From positions 26,886-90,885 of the forward strand of contig JARKUF010000016.1 of the NCBI GenBank assembly GCA_029974015.1: DNA of 64,000 bases, read 5' to 3'. Below, piece after piece: positions 36,665 through 48,668 of the stretch. The DNA comes from Spirochaetota bacterium (GTDB taxonomy: Bacteria > Spirochaetota > UBA4802 > JAGODF01). Positions within the stretch are counted from its first letter, which is position 1, and each line of letters opens with the position of its first letter. A program made the position numbers and the translations under genes. A model generated the notes under the pieces. That model had not been told where the DNA came from. It did no database searches and saw only the letters and a program-made list of their open reading frames with translations.

Positions 36665-36687
36665 TTAAATAATTTAAAGGAGAATAT

Positions 36688-36759
36688 TGAGGCGTGGCCA
36701 AGTGGTAAGGCACCGGGTTTTGGTCCCGGGATTCCAAGGTTCGAATCCTTGCGCCTCAG
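36688..36759 (+). tRNA. tRNA-Gln (anticodon UUG)
   Basis: Manual cloverleaf fold. Acceptor stem TGAGGCG/CGCCTCA; D-arm GCC-AAGTGGTAAG-GC; anticodon stem CCGGG/CCCGG with loop TTTTGGT (anticodon TTG); T-arm CAAGG-TTCGAAT-CCTTG; discriminator G. CCA is not encoded. Closely parallels E. coli tRNA-Gln. Confidence 0.75.
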
Positions 36760-36771
36760 ATTCATGGTACC

Positions 36772-37524
36772 ATGAAGGGCGATTCAGCGATTAAAGCCAT
36801 TGTCCTCGCAGCAGGCAAAGGCGTCCGGATGCAGTCAGACCTTCCTAAGGTGCTGCATACCCTCGCAGGGAAACCCCTTGTTCTTCATGTCATAGAAAAC
36901 TTGCGAATGGCGGGTGTAGAAAATATTGTAACCGTCGTTGGATACCGGGGGGAGCTTGTCGCTGAAGTTTTAGGGCCGTCGGTAAAGGTTGTTTGGCAAC
37001 GCGAGCAGCTCGGAACGGGCCATGCGGTTATGCAGGCCGAGAAGGAATTCGGGGCGCATACGGGAAATGTAATCATCGCCTGCGGCGATGTACCGCTCCT
37101 GAGCGCCGAGTCATTTTCGAGGCTGCAAGAAGACATGTGCGATCCGAAAACGGGCGCCGCGGTGATCACGATGCTCCAGGATAATCCCCATGGATATGGC
37201 AGGATTATAAGGGACGCTGACGGTTCGCTACTGCGCATCGTTGAGGAAAAAGACGCAAGCGACGAAGAGCGTACAATCAGTGAAGTAAATACCGGCACCT
37301 ATGCTTTCAAGACGTCACTGCTTTTCGAAGGATTGAAGACGATAGGTACAGACAACGCCCAGGGAGAATATTATCTTCCCGATGTTATTGGGCATGTCAG
37401 GCGGAGTGGTTTTCTTGTAAAGGCGCGCCTTCTCGAAAACGCCCTTGAAGGTTCGGGGATTAATTCGCAAGAGGAACTCCGAAGGCTTGAGGAAGAAGCA
37501 GCGTCCATCGTGGCGGGTAAATGA
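36772..37524 (+). CDS. Sugar-nucleotide pyrophosphorylase corresponding to the N-terminal uridyltransferase domain of GlmU only (no left-handed beta-helix acetyltransferase domain)
   Basis: N-terminal AIVLAAGKGVRMQSDLPKVLH (the G-x-G-T-R/K-M nucleotide-binding loop). At 250 aa it ends where the GlmU linker would begin. Sits directly upstream of prs, as glmU does in Firmicutes. Confidence 0.6.
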   Translation: MKGDSAIKAIVLAAGKGVRMQSDLPKVLHTLAGKPLVLHVIENLRMAGVENIVTVVGYRGELVAEVLGPSVKVVWQREQLGTGHAVMQAEKEFGAHTGNVIIACGDVPLLSAESFSRLQEDMCDPKTGAAVITMLQDNPHGYGRIIRDADGSLLRIVEEKDASDEERTISEVNTGTYAFKTSLLFEGLKTIGTDNAQGEYYLPDVIGHVRRSGFLVKARLLENALEGSGINSQEELRRLEEEAASIVAGK

Positions 37525-37566
37525 AAGGATTTAAAAGATTCAGATCGATCAGGGGTTGAATTACCA

Positions 37567-38502
37567 ATGGAAGCAATGAAAATCTTTTCCGGAACCGCAA
37601 ATCCGACCCTTGCGAAGGAAATAGCTGATTATCTGAGAATACGACTTTCCGAAGTAGAAATCATCAAATTCAAGGATAACGAGCTTTCAATCAAGATATG
37701 TGAAAATGTGCGGGGTGTTGACGTTTTCATCATCCAGCCCACTTCAAACCCGGCGAACGAACATTTAATGGAACTGCTCCTCATGATTGACGCGGCCCTG
37801 AGGGCCTCGGCGAAGAGGATCACGGTGGTAATTCCATATTTCGGTTATGCACGGCAGGACCGAAAGGTGGAACCAAGGGTACCCATTTCCGCCAAGGTGG
37901 TGGCGAACCTTCTCCAGGCAGTGGGGATAAACCGCATGCTGACCATGGACCTGCATTCTGAACAGATACAGGGTTTTTTCGATATCCCCGTGGACAATCT
38001 AATTGCAGCTCCCATTTTTGTTCAGTATTTAAAAGGTCTTTCAATCGGAGACTCTGTGGTGGTGTCACCTGACACCGGGGGCGTGGTGAGGGCCCGTTTT
38101 TTAGGGAAAAAGATCGATGCGGGGCTCGCCATTATAGACAAGAGGAGGCCAAAGCCGAACGATTCCAAAGTGATGAATGTGGTCGGTGAAGTGAAAGGTA
38201 AGAATTGCATACTCTTGGACGATATGGTCGATACTGGAGGCTCCATCTGTCAGGCGGCCAGAGCACTTAAAGAGAGCGGCGCCGACGATATTTACTGTGT
38301 TTCGACTCACGCCGTCCTTTCCGGTGAGGCCCCGGGAAAACTGAAGGCCGCAGATTTTAAAGAAATTATTTTTACCAACACGATTGAAATACCGATTGAG
38401 AAAAGGCCGGATAATATGACAGTCCTTTCCGTGGCGCCGCTTTTCGGTGAGGCGATAAAGAGAATCCATGAGGGGGAGTCGGTGAGCTCCTTGTTCCTTT
38501 GA
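37567..38502 (+). CDS. prs: Ribose-phosphate pyrophosphokinase
   Basis: PRPP synthetase motifs, including the PRPP-binding loop DDMVDTGGSI and the divalent-cation site. Confidence 0.9.
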   Translation: MEAMKIFSGTANPTLAKEIADYLRIRLSEVEIIKFKDNELSIKICENVRGVDVFIIQPTSNPANEHLMELLLMIDAALRASAKRITVVIPYFGYARQDRKVEPRVPISAKVVANLLQAVGINRMLTMDLHSEQIQGFFDIPVDNLIAAPIFVQYLKGLSIGDSVVVSPDTGGVVRARFLGKKIDAGLAIIDKRRPKPNDSKVMNVVGEVKGKNCILLDDMVDTGGSICQAARALKESGADDIYCVSTHAVLSGEAPGKLKAADFKEIIFTNTIEIPIEKRPDNMTVLSVAPLFGEAIKRIHEGESVSSLFL

Positions 38503-38587
38503 TCTCCTGACAAAAAAACGGTTCAGCCCGGGAATTAGGCGATAGCGCAGAATTAATTGTGCAGAATTTTTTTTACGGAGTAGAAAG

Positions 38588-39232
38588 ATGCAAAAACATG
38601 TATTGAATGCGGAAGTTCGCAATGAATTTGGAAAGAACGCGAGCCACAGGCTTCGCAGGAGGGGATTTATTCCCACGGTCATGTATTCTCACGGAAAAAC
38701 CGAGTCCCTCCAGGTGGCGCAGAAGGACATGTTCAAAATATTCAAGGGAAACATCTCTGAAAGCGTTCTACTTGACCTCTTCATCACGAATCGGTCCGAC
38801 GATGTGAATCACCGGGTGTTTGTGAAAAGTTACCAAATAAATCCGATAACCGACGAGATCATCCATCTTGACCTTTTTAAAGTTACCGCGGGGGAAAAGA
38901 TCCATACCAAGGTCCCGGTCGAGATCACGGGCACAGCGAAAGGCGTTCGCCTGGGAGGAATCCTCGATTTCATCGAGCGTGAGCTCGAAATCGAATGCCT
39001 CCCGGCAGATATTCCCGAGAAGATAGTTCTTGATGTAACAAATTTGGAGATTGGGAACTCAATACATATTAGAGATATTCCCGTCTCGGGTTCTCTGAAA
39101 TTCAAGAGCGATGAGGAGAGGGTCGTAGTTACCGTACTGGCGCCCCATAAGGCTGAGGAAGCCGTGGTTGAGGAAGCCGTAGCCGCGGAAGGCGAGACGC
39201 CCGCTAAGGTGGAGCCGAAGAAAGAGGAATAA
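38588..39232 (+). CDS. rplY: 50S ribosomal protein L25 / general stress protein Ctc
   Basis: N-terminal L25 beta-barrel (...RNEFGKNASHRLRRRGFIPTVMY...) and the Ctc-type C-terminal extension. Confidence 0.85.
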   Translation: MQKHVLNAEVRNEFGKNASHRLRRRGFIPTVMYSHGKTESLQVAQKDMFKIFKGNISESVLLDLFITNRSDDVNHRVFVKSYQINPITDEIIHLDLFKVTAGEKIHTKVPVEITGTAKGVRLGGILDFIERELEIECLPADIPEKIVLDVTNLEIGNSIHIRDIPVSGSLKFKSDEERVVVTVLAPHKAEEAVVEEAVAAEGETPAKVEPKKEE

Positions 39233-39317
39233 ACTCCTGTCGCTCCCTTGTTCTCCCGAAAGGCGGGCCAGGAATTCCGCAGGGCGGGGAAATTATTCAA
39301 AGGAGGGCTGAAGGTAT

Positions 39318-39932
39318 TTGAAATTAATCGTTGGTTTCGGAAATCCCGGCGAAAGATACAATAATAACCGACAGAATATCGGTTTTAAGGTCGTCGATAT
39401 CCTCGGCAACAACGCGAATATCGAGATCAAGGTAAAAAAGAAGAAATCCATCATCGGCCGGGGTAAAATTGAAAAAACAGAAGTGGTGCTTCTGAAGCCC
39501 CAGACATTTGTTAATATAATTGGGGAATCTGTTCTTTACATTGCCTCGTTTCTAAGGATAAATGTGAAGGATATCATTTGCGTTCTTGAAGACACTTCCC
39601 TGGATATCGGTGAACTCAGGGTGGACCATGTAAGCTCGAAGATCAAACACGCCGGGATTGAGTCGATGACAAAGGCGCTCAAGTCCGACAGATATGCCAA
39701 GGTGCGTGTCGGAGTGGGCATGCCCGCGGGTAAAGCCAAATTGGAAGAATACCTTCTTCAAGACTTCACTGATGACGAGAACCTCATCCTCATCGACGTT
39801 CTCAACAAGGCCGAGGCTGCCGTGAGAATGCTCCTCACGCACACCATTGAGGATGTACAAAATAAGTACAATCCCGAAGGTGCTGTTAAGTTCGAAAAAA
39901 GAAAGGTCAGGAAAATCAGGATCCGACGCTGA
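39318..39932 (+). CDS. pth: Peptidyl-tRNA hydrolase
   Basis: MKLIVGFGNPGERYNNNRQNIGF... (the conserved Pth N-terminus containing catalytic His) and downstream motifs. Confidence 0.85.
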   Translation: MKLIVGFGNPGERYNNNRQNIGFKVVDILGNNANIEIKVKKKKSIIGRGKIEKTEVVLLKPQTFVNIIGESVLYIASFLRINVKDIICVLEDTSLDIGELRVDHVSSKIKHAGIESMTKALKSDRYAKVRVGVGMPAGKAKLEEYLLQDFTDDENLILIDVLNKAEAAVRMLLTHTIEDVQNKYNPEGAVKFEKRKVRKIRIRR

Positions 39933-40002
39933 TTCCGGGAGCCGGGTTACCTTGCACCATCTTATACAAAAAAACCATACAAAAGCATGCGAAGATTTCC
40001 CC

Positions 40003-40743
40003 ATGGAAAAGGGCGGGCGGAATATACCGCGCGTTCTTGCTTTGTTCCTATGTAATTTTGCAGTGATAGTTGCTTTGTATGAAATACCTGCGGGTTCCCA
40101 GGAACGTGAAATTGTCGTAGAGGATTTTCATGGATATTCGTCTACTATTTTTACCCGGTGGCTTATCCGTGACGCGGGGAAAAAGGAGGCTTCTTCTACA
40201 TATAGGCTCCAGTCAGATGGAGGAAACTGGTATCTGGCCGCGGATTCGAAGCGGAATTCCATACAGATCGCCAGAAGGGTCACCTGGAACCTGAACACCC
40301 ATCCAATTCTCACCTGGCGGTGGAGGGGCCGCCGTCTCCCCACGGGGGGCAATGAATCGGCGGGAAGCACCAATGACAGCGCCGCCTCGATTTATGTGAT
40401 TTTTCAGAGGGCGAAGGTGCCCTTTCTCCCCTGGGACAAACAGCCGATTAACGTGATTAAGTATGTATGGAGCACCACTCTGCCTGTGGGGCGAGTCTTG
40501 CATAAAAGCAAAGAAAAACTCGGTGTGACAATATACGAAGGGAGATTTGTAGTACTGCAATCGGGTAATGGCAGGCTGGGTGAATGGATTTCCGAACGCA
40601 GAAATGTTCTAGAAGATTACCGACGCCTCTTCGGGAGCGCTCCTCCCGGGAATCCCATACTCATAGCAATACTCACCGACTCAAATGCGACGGAAAGCGC
40701 CGCTTCCGCCGATTACGACGATATCACGATTACAGCGCGCTGA
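40003..40743 (+). CDS. Hypothetical exported protein (possibly DUF3047-like)
   Basis: Start placed at MEKGGRNIPRVLALFLCNFAVIVALY (signal peptide). The longer ORF back to 39847 would overlap pth. Contains a WRW motif. No known catalytic signature. Confidence 0.35.
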   Translation: MEKGGRNIPRVLALFLCNFAVIVALYEIPAGSQEREIVVEDFHGYSSTIFTRWLIRDAGKKEASSTYRLQSDGGNWYLAADSKRNSIQIARRVTWNLNTHPILTWRWRGRRLPTGGNESAGSTNDSAASIYVIFQRAKVPFLPWDKQPINVIKYVWSTTLPVGRVLHKSKEKLGVTIYEGRFVVLQSGNGRLGEWISERRNVLEDYRRLFGSAPPGNPILIAILTDSNATESAASADYDDITITAR

Positions 40744-40780
40744 TCCGAACCCTTTAAGATTGGTATAACAGAGCGGATCT

Positions 40781-41470
40781 TCACCGGAGTCCTTTCAGGG
40801 CCGACTCCTTCAGCTTGGAAACGTTTTCATTGACGGCGCCATTATGAAAGGCGGCGTTTCCCGCTACCACGATACGGGCGCCCGCCCTTACTACCGCGGC
40901 GATGTTTTCCTGAGTAATGCCTCCATCCACTTGAATCATGACATTTTCTGAGAGACCCGCTTTAGAAATAAGTTCGCGCAGTTCCATTATCCTTCTCATG
41001 GAAATTTCGAGAAACTTCTGTCCGTAAAATCCCGGATCCACCGACATCAAAAGGACCATATCGAGGTATGGCAGAAGGTCGACGACGTTTGAGATGGGCG
41101 TGGCGGGATTAAACGAAAGGCCGGCCATTGTACCGGAACTTCGTATCTGGTCCAGGATTCTAATGGGGAATCGCGTGCTTTCGTAATGAATTGTAATGAT
41201 TTTCGGAGTCAGTTCAATGTAGCGTGAGAGTGACGATTCCGGTGATGCAATCATCAGATGGACATCGAGAGGTATGTTCGTATGGCTTATAAGATTTTTG
41301 ATATAACCGGGGCCGAAGGTCAGATTGGGGACGAAGCAACCGTCCATGACGTCGATATGAAGAAAGTCGACGACTCCGGGATCGAGTTTTGCCACGTCGT
41401 GCCCGAAAGTAGCGAGGTCAGCGGCTATTATGGACGGAGAGATGAGAACGGATCCAGTGTCATTCCACAT
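40781..41470 (-). CDS. rpe: Ribulose-phosphate 3-epimerase
   Basis: TIM-barrel RPE motifs (...SPSIIAADL..., HIDVMDG, HLMI, DGG). Confidence 0.85.
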   Translation of the reverse strand: MWNDTGSVLISPSIIAADLATFGHDVAKLDPGVVDFLHIDVMDGCFVPNLTFGPGYIKNLISHTNIPLDVHLMIASPESSLSRYIELTPKIITIHYESTRFPIRILDQIRSSGTMAGLSFNPATPISNVVDLLPYLDMVLLMSVDPGFYGQKFLEISMRRIMELRELISKAGLSENVMIQVDGGITQENIAAVVRAGARIVVAGNAAFHNGAVNENVSKLKESALKGLR

Positions 41471-42491
41471 TGAATTTGAATACCTTTATCACCCTCTTTT
41501 CCACTGCTATTCCGACCTTCGCGTTTCCGGTCCGGTGGAAAATAAAATTAACAGCCTGCCCGGGATTTCGCGGGGCCAAGTAACACAGACGCTTGGAGAC
41601 ATTGTCTTCAACGAAGGCCTCATAAAGTCCGGGTTTTTCGTCGGCGGGTATTGTGTAGTTGACCATCTCGTAGGACCGAAAGGGATGTTCTTCCATCCTG
41701 TAATAATTCACGTTAAGGGTGATTTGTTCGCCCTTGTTTATTTTCGCGCCCCTGGCGGGGACCTGTGACGTTACAATGCCTGCGGCTTCGAGCTGATGTA
41801 CGTTCGAGATAGACTGTTGCACATACACGCCCTTGGCGGCAAGCATGGTGAAACAAAGGTCGATAGATTGCCCGGTAACATCGGGCATCTCCATCGTATT
41901 CTCGATTTTGCCCGCCGATAGAAGGAGGTTTACTTTTCGCTCGAGGGTTATCTTTTCTCCTGCTCGCGGCGATTGGTCTATAACTACATTTTCCGCGATT
42001 TTTTCGGAAGGGATGTATGAAATAACGCCTACCGGGAGAGAAACGGTCCTGTCATTAACATGCTGGTTTTTTAATTTGTTGAGGGCGAAGGGCAGTTCAA
42101 GGCCCACCACCCCCGGGACTTCAACGAAAAGATTGCTTCGGCTCAGGGTTAGATGAATGCGGCTTCCAGTGGTTACTATGGCGCCGGGTTCGGGATGCTG
42201 GTCGAGTATAACGCCGCTTTCCATTTCGTAGATATTGCGATAGCTCAACTGGGGACGCAGTTCTTTTCGAATAATGGTATTGCTCACATCGATGTAGCGC
42301 TTGCCCAGTACGTTGGGCACCTCGATTTCACCCTCGGGCTTAGTTAGAAAAATAAGTATGATGGTGGATATGAAAAGAAAAAGTGAGAACCCGAGGAAGA
42401 AAATGAACATAATTCTTCTGATGGTCCTGAAATAAAACGACTTTGGCAAATGCTCCTCACCCGTGTGAGGGGGTTTTTTTTCCTGATTCAT
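41460..42491 (-). CDS. Membrane-anchored protein with three PASTA domains
   Basis: Transmembrane helix (IMFIFFLGFSLFLFISTIILIFL) followed by three PASTA-like repeats, each starting VPNVLG / VPGVVG / MPDVTG. Start placed at MNQEKK (42491). Confidence 0.55.
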   Translation of the reverse strand: MNQEKKPPHTGEEHLPKSFYFRTIRRIMFIFFLGFSLFLFISTIILIFLTKPEGEIEVPNVLGKRYIDVSNTIIRKELRPQLSYRNIYEMESGVILDQHPEPGAIVTTGSRIHLTLSRSNLFVEVPGVVGLELPFALNKLKNQHVNDRTVSLPVGVISYIPSEKIAENVVIDQSPRAGEKITLERKVNLLLSAGKIENTMEMPDVTGQSIDLCFTMLAAKGVYVQQSISNVHQLEAAGIVTSQVPARGAKINKGEQITLNVNYYRMEEHPFRSYEMVNYTIPADEKPGLYEAFVEDNVSKRLCYLAPRNPGQAVNFIFHRTGNAKVGIAVEKRVIKVFKFNVE

Positions 42492-42746
42492 ATAGGATTT
42501 TACCAGCCAGGCAAGCGTTCCGCGCGGCGTGCCGCGCACAAGGTAGGAAACAGCGGAGTACAGGCTGTAGTCAAGCATAAATAGAGGTTGGTTCGGTTTT
42601 TCCGAGGGCAACGGCACGGAAAATAATGTTGACAATATAGAGAGGTGCTGACTAATGGGATTTACGGCTCTCTTCTCCTTGTTTTATGTTCATATTTCTA
42701 AATTTAGTAGTAAATTTATCATCTTCATGCACCTGGAGGTCTGGTT

Positions 42747-44897
42747 GTGAATATTGCGAAATTATACAGCGATACCTACAATGCCGAAGACATAACTCGG
42801 GAAAGCTTCTTTAACATAGGCGGCCCCCATGGGTTCATGCGCTGGGGGATTTATATTCTCCTGGTTATCTCTGCCAGCTATCTTGCCTACACCCTCATAC
42901 GGCGTGTCATAATCTGGAGACAGGGGAAGGGCGAGCTCAGGACCGACTTTCCTGAAAAGAGAATTTGGGCAGTTTTTAAGTATGTTTTTCTCCAGCTTAA
43001 GATACTGCGGGAATCGTATGCCGGCATCATGCACGCCGCGTTTTTCTTCGGTTTTGCCGGTCTCTTTGGTGTAACGCTTCTCATCATGTTCCAGGACGAC
43101 TTCACGGAGCTTTTCTTCCACACGAGAATTCTCTACGGAAATTTCTATCTTTACTGGTCCTTTTTCGCGGAGATCTTCGGAATCATTGTTCTGGTCGGTT
43201 GCATAATGGCGCTGTGGAGGCGCTACAAAGTGAAGCCTTCGAGGCTGGATACGAAACCCACCGACACGTTCGCTCTGGTGCTTATCACCATCATCACGGT
43301 AACCGGCTTTACCACTGAGGGAATCCGGATAGCACTTTCCGGCTTTCCAAAATTCGAAGTCTGGTCTTTCGTGGGATATATCACCGCCTTCGCCTTTAAC
43401 TGGATGGGCATTACCGCTATGGAAGTTGTGCATTACATAAGCTGGTGGATACACGTCCTCGCGGCCTTTATCTTCATAGGCATCATAGCCAGCGACAAGC
43501 TGGGCCATGTCCTCATCTCGGCATTGAACGTGTACTTTATGAACCTGAAGAACGAGAGCAGCGCGACCAAATTCACCATGCCAATAATACCGCCCTCGGA
43601 ATTTGAAACGGCGGAAAGTTTCGGCGTAGGCTCAATTGAGCAATTTACCTGGAAACAGCTTATGGACAGCGATGCCTGCACACGATGTGGAAGGTGCCAG
43701 GACAACTGCCCGGCCTGGCTCACCGAGAAACCTCTCTCGCCGAAAAAGATACAAATCGACACCAAGTCCGCGATGGACGAGCGTGTCCCCATGGTCATGG
43801 AAGCCAGAAAGGGAGCGGAAGACTTGGCTGCGGTCGATCTGACCGCCATCGAATCGAAGGCCCTTCTTGGCGACCATATTCTGGACGACGAAATCTGGTC
43901 CTGCACCAACTGCGCCGCATGTATGGAGGCGTGCCCCGTCAACATTGAACATGTCCCGAAGATCAACGATATGCGCCGTTACAAAGTTCTCATGGAGGCC
44001 TCGCTGGCCCCCGAACTTCAGACGACGTTCTCGAACCTTGAAACGAATTTCAACCCATATGGCTTTGCCTTCGCCAACAGAGGGGACTGGCTTCCCGCCG
44101 ATCTCGGCGTGAAGACGATGGCGGAAGACCCGGAAGTTGATTTCCTCTACTTCGTCGGGTCCCCGGCGTCGTACGACAAGAAGACCCAAAAAATCGCAAT
44201 CGCCTTCGTGAAGATCATGCAGAAGGCGGGATACAAGATCGGCATTCTCGGCGCCGAAGAAGCGGACTCCGGCGATGCGGCCCTGAGGGGAGGAAACGAG
44301 TACCTCTTCCACGCCCTGGCTACCCAGAACCTCAGCACCTTTAAAGCCTATGGCGTGAAAAAGATCGTCTGCACCTGCCCCCACGACTACAACGTGATTA
44401 AGAAAGAATACAGGGAATTTTCGAAGGTGGGTGTAGATGCAGAGGGGAACCCCCTGGAAGCGGGCTACGAAGTTTACCATCACAGCGAAATACTGGCCGA
44501 CATCATCAAGAACGGGAAGATTAAGCTTGTGGAAGGCATCAATGCGAAGGTCACCTATCACGATTCCTGCTTTCTCGGCAGATACAACGAAATATACGAC
44601 CAGCCCAGGAACATTATCAAGGCGGTCCCCGGTTCGGAATACGTAGAGATGAGTAGGCACCACGGCAAAAGCTTCTGCTGCGGCGCCGGCGGCGCGAGGA
44701 TGTTCATCGAGGAGCACCTTGGGACGCGCATAAACCAGTTCAGGACCAGGGACGCACAGGCCACCGGGGCCCAGGTTATCTGCACGGCCTGCCCGTTCTG
44801 CTTCACCATGCTCTCCGACGGCCTTGACGAGCTCGGCATAGAAAACATGAAGACGATCGACATTGCCGAGCTTGTTTACAACGCGATGGAGAAGTGA
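42747..44897 (+). CDS. Membrane-bound Fe-S oxidoreductase: NarI-like (nitrate reductase gamma / DsrM-like) heme-b membrane domain fused to an HdrD/DsrK/GlpC-like domain with two [4Fe-4S] motifs and two CCG cysteine-rich domains
   Basis: About 250 aa of transmembrane region with conserved His. CTRCGRCQDNCP and CTNCAACMEACP ferredoxin motifs. CCG-type motifs (CTCPHDY, HDSCFLGRYN, CCGAGG). Confidence 0.6.
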   Translation: MNIAKLYSDTYNAEDITRESFFNIGGPHGFMRWGIYILLVISASYLAYTLIRRVIIWRQGKGELRTDFPEKRIWAVFKYVFLQLKILRESYAGIMHAAFFFGFAGLFGVTLLIMFQDDFTELFFHTRILYGNFYLYWSFFAEIFGIIVLVGCIMALWRRYKVKPSRLDTKPTDTFALVLITIITVTGFTTEGIRIALSGFPKFEVWSFVGYITAFAFNWMGITAMEVVHYISWWIHVLAAFIFIGIIASDKLGHVLISALNVYFMNLKNESSATKFTMPIIPPSEFETAESFGVGSIEQFTWKQLMDSDACTRCGRCQDNCPAWLTEKPLSPKKIQIDTKSAMDERVPMVMEARKGAEDLAAVDLTAIESKALLGDHILDDEIWSCTNCAACMEACPVNIEHVPKINDMRRYKVLMEASLAPELQTTFSNLETNFNPYGFAFANRGDWLPADLGVKTMAEDPEVDFLYFVGSPASYDKKTQKIAIAFVKIMQKAGYKIGILGAEEADSGDAALRGGNEYLFHALATQNLSTFKAYGVKKIVCTCPHDYNVIKKEYREFSKVGVDAEGNPLEAGYEVYHHSEILADIIKNGKIKLVEGINAKVTYHDSCFLGRYNEIYDQPRNIIKAVPGSEYVEMSRHHGKSFCCGAGGARMFIEEHLGTRINQFRTRDAQATGAQVICTACPFCFTMLSDGLDELGIENMKTIDIAELVYNAMEK

Positions 44898-45062
44898 CGA
44901 AGATGGGCTGAAAAGGACCCCCGTTTCATTTTAGCGGGGGTTTTTTGTTTTATGGGGAGTGCCTGGTTTTTCCAGGAAAAGGCCCCATGTTGATTGTTGG
45001 TCACAAGGGAGACTTGAAAAGCGGTAAGGCGGGTCTCCTTAAAAAAAATATTATTTTTAGGA

Positions 45063-47426
<2,364 letters not shown>

Positions 47427-47448
47427 GAGAATAGCGGCATTTTACACA

Positions 47449-47480
47449 AAAAAGGGAGGAATGATTTCCTCCCTTTTTTG
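47449..47480 (+). terminator. Rho-independent terminator of hppA
   Basis: AAAAAGGGAGGA-ATGATT-TCCTCCCTTTTTTG. Confidence 0.75.
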
Positions 47481-47495
47481 TGCCCATTATTTGTT

Positions 47496-47590
47496 GGCAA
47501 CCTCTAATTATGATTTTCCGCCCGCCTTTGGCGGCCGGAAAAAGCTAATTATTCGAGTTTGCCAAATCTTAGTTTTTAAGGCTTCACTGA
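47496..47590 (+). repeat. MITE-like repeat, copy G (left inverted repeat and hairpin intact, right modules degenerate)
   Basis: GGCAACCTCTAATTATG + ATTTTCCGCCCGCCTTTGGCGGCCGGAAAAAGCT + ...GAGTTTGCCAAATCTTAGTTTTTAAGGCTTCAC. Confidence 0.6.
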
Positions 47591-47765
47591 AGTTGTAAAA
47601 ATTTATTGCCGATTTCATTTTTTTTGATTATCATTATAGAAGGATTTTCGTAAAACTCATTTTAAGACTTATTCTTTTGAGGTTTCCATCTGCAAAAGGT
47701 TCTAATTTCAAATATTTTACGCGGCGCTTAAAATTGCGGGATTGTAAAATAAGCTCCGTCATAAC

Positions 47766-48668
47766 ATGGAGAGGACCGTGAAAAAAACTACCCTGGTTTT
47801 GATTATGTTGGTTTTTGCCGCAGTATCGTACTGCACCAGAAAGACAGAGCGGGAGGGAATAAACATTCACTCCGTAGTGGGAGACGTGAAACTCCTGACG
47901 GCAAAGGGGGAACTCTCGCCAAAGGCAGGCGACCCGGTTTCAATGGGAGACGGGATTGTCACGGCCGGGGCTTCGATGATTGATCTGGTTTATGCCGACA
48001 GGGGCATTATCAGAATAGGTGAAAACTCCAATGTTAAAGTAGAAGAGCTTTTTTCGGATGCCGAAAAGGACAATGCCCGTTTCGGCATGGAGAAAGGCGC
48101 TATGCTTGCGAGCATCTCACGTCTGAGTAAAAACTCAAGCTTCGAAGTGAAATCCTCTACTTCCGTGGCCGCTGTGCGCGGCACCACGTTTCGCGTAATA
48201 GCCGGAGATAAAAGTTCAAAAATAGACGTGGTCAAGGGAAGGGTCCGCGTGACGCCGGTCCATGCCGGTAAATTGCTTTTAGAGAGCGCCGCAGAGGTAG
48301 AAACGAACAGAGCTGTGGCCCTGGATGTGGAGGCCGTTACCGGTATCGCGGAGAAGAAAAAGGCGGTTGAGGTGACGGTCATCCCGAAGGAGGAAGTGAA
48401 GGCGATCCGGGAGGAGCTTAAGAGCTTGCCAGGGGATGCTGCGGTAGCTGATGAGGTGTTGCGGGAAACACGCGAAATAATTACCGCACCGGCGCAGGAT
48501 GAAGCGGAAGCCGAAAAAGATAATGCTGTGAAAGAAGAAAAAAGGCGCCCGGAGCGCAAGGCGGCAGTCAAAAGAAAAGATGAGGTAAAACAGCAAGATG
48601 AAAAACAGGAAGTGACCGGCGTAAGGGACGAGAAAAAGAGCAAAATACCTCTGGCGCCGAATCTATAA
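47766..48668 (+). CDS. FecR-domain protein (probable lipoprotein) with a charged, Lys/Glu-rich C-terminal tail
   Basis: Signal peptide with Cys (LVFAAVSYC). A FecR-like beta segment (VVGDVKLLTAKGELSPKAGDPVSMGDGIVTAGASMIDLVYADRGIIRIGENSNVKV). Confidence 0.45.
   Translation: MERTVKKTTLVLIMLVFAAVSYCTRKTEREGINIHSVVGDVKLLTAKGELSPKAGDPVSMGDGIVTAGASMIDLVYADRGIIRIGENSNVKVEELFSDAEKDNARFGMEKGAMLASISRLSKNSSFEVKSSTSVAAVRGTTFRVIAGDKSSKIDVVKGRVRVTPVHAGKLLLESAAEVETNRAVALDVEAVTGIAEKKKAVEVTVIPKEEVKAIREELKSLPGDAAVADEVLRETREIITAPAQDEAEAEKDNAVKEEKRRPERKAAVKRKDEVKQQDEKQEVTGVRDEKKSKIPLAPNL

Noticed and set aside
43632-44717. 361-aa minus-strand ORF inside the NarI-HdrD-like gene, and 51082-52472 plus-strand ORFs inside the gltD-like gene
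   Set aside because: They are antisense to genes with clear Fe-S and Rossmann motifs. Their translations are Ala/Gly/Arg-rich, low-complexity artefacts of codon-position GC bias.
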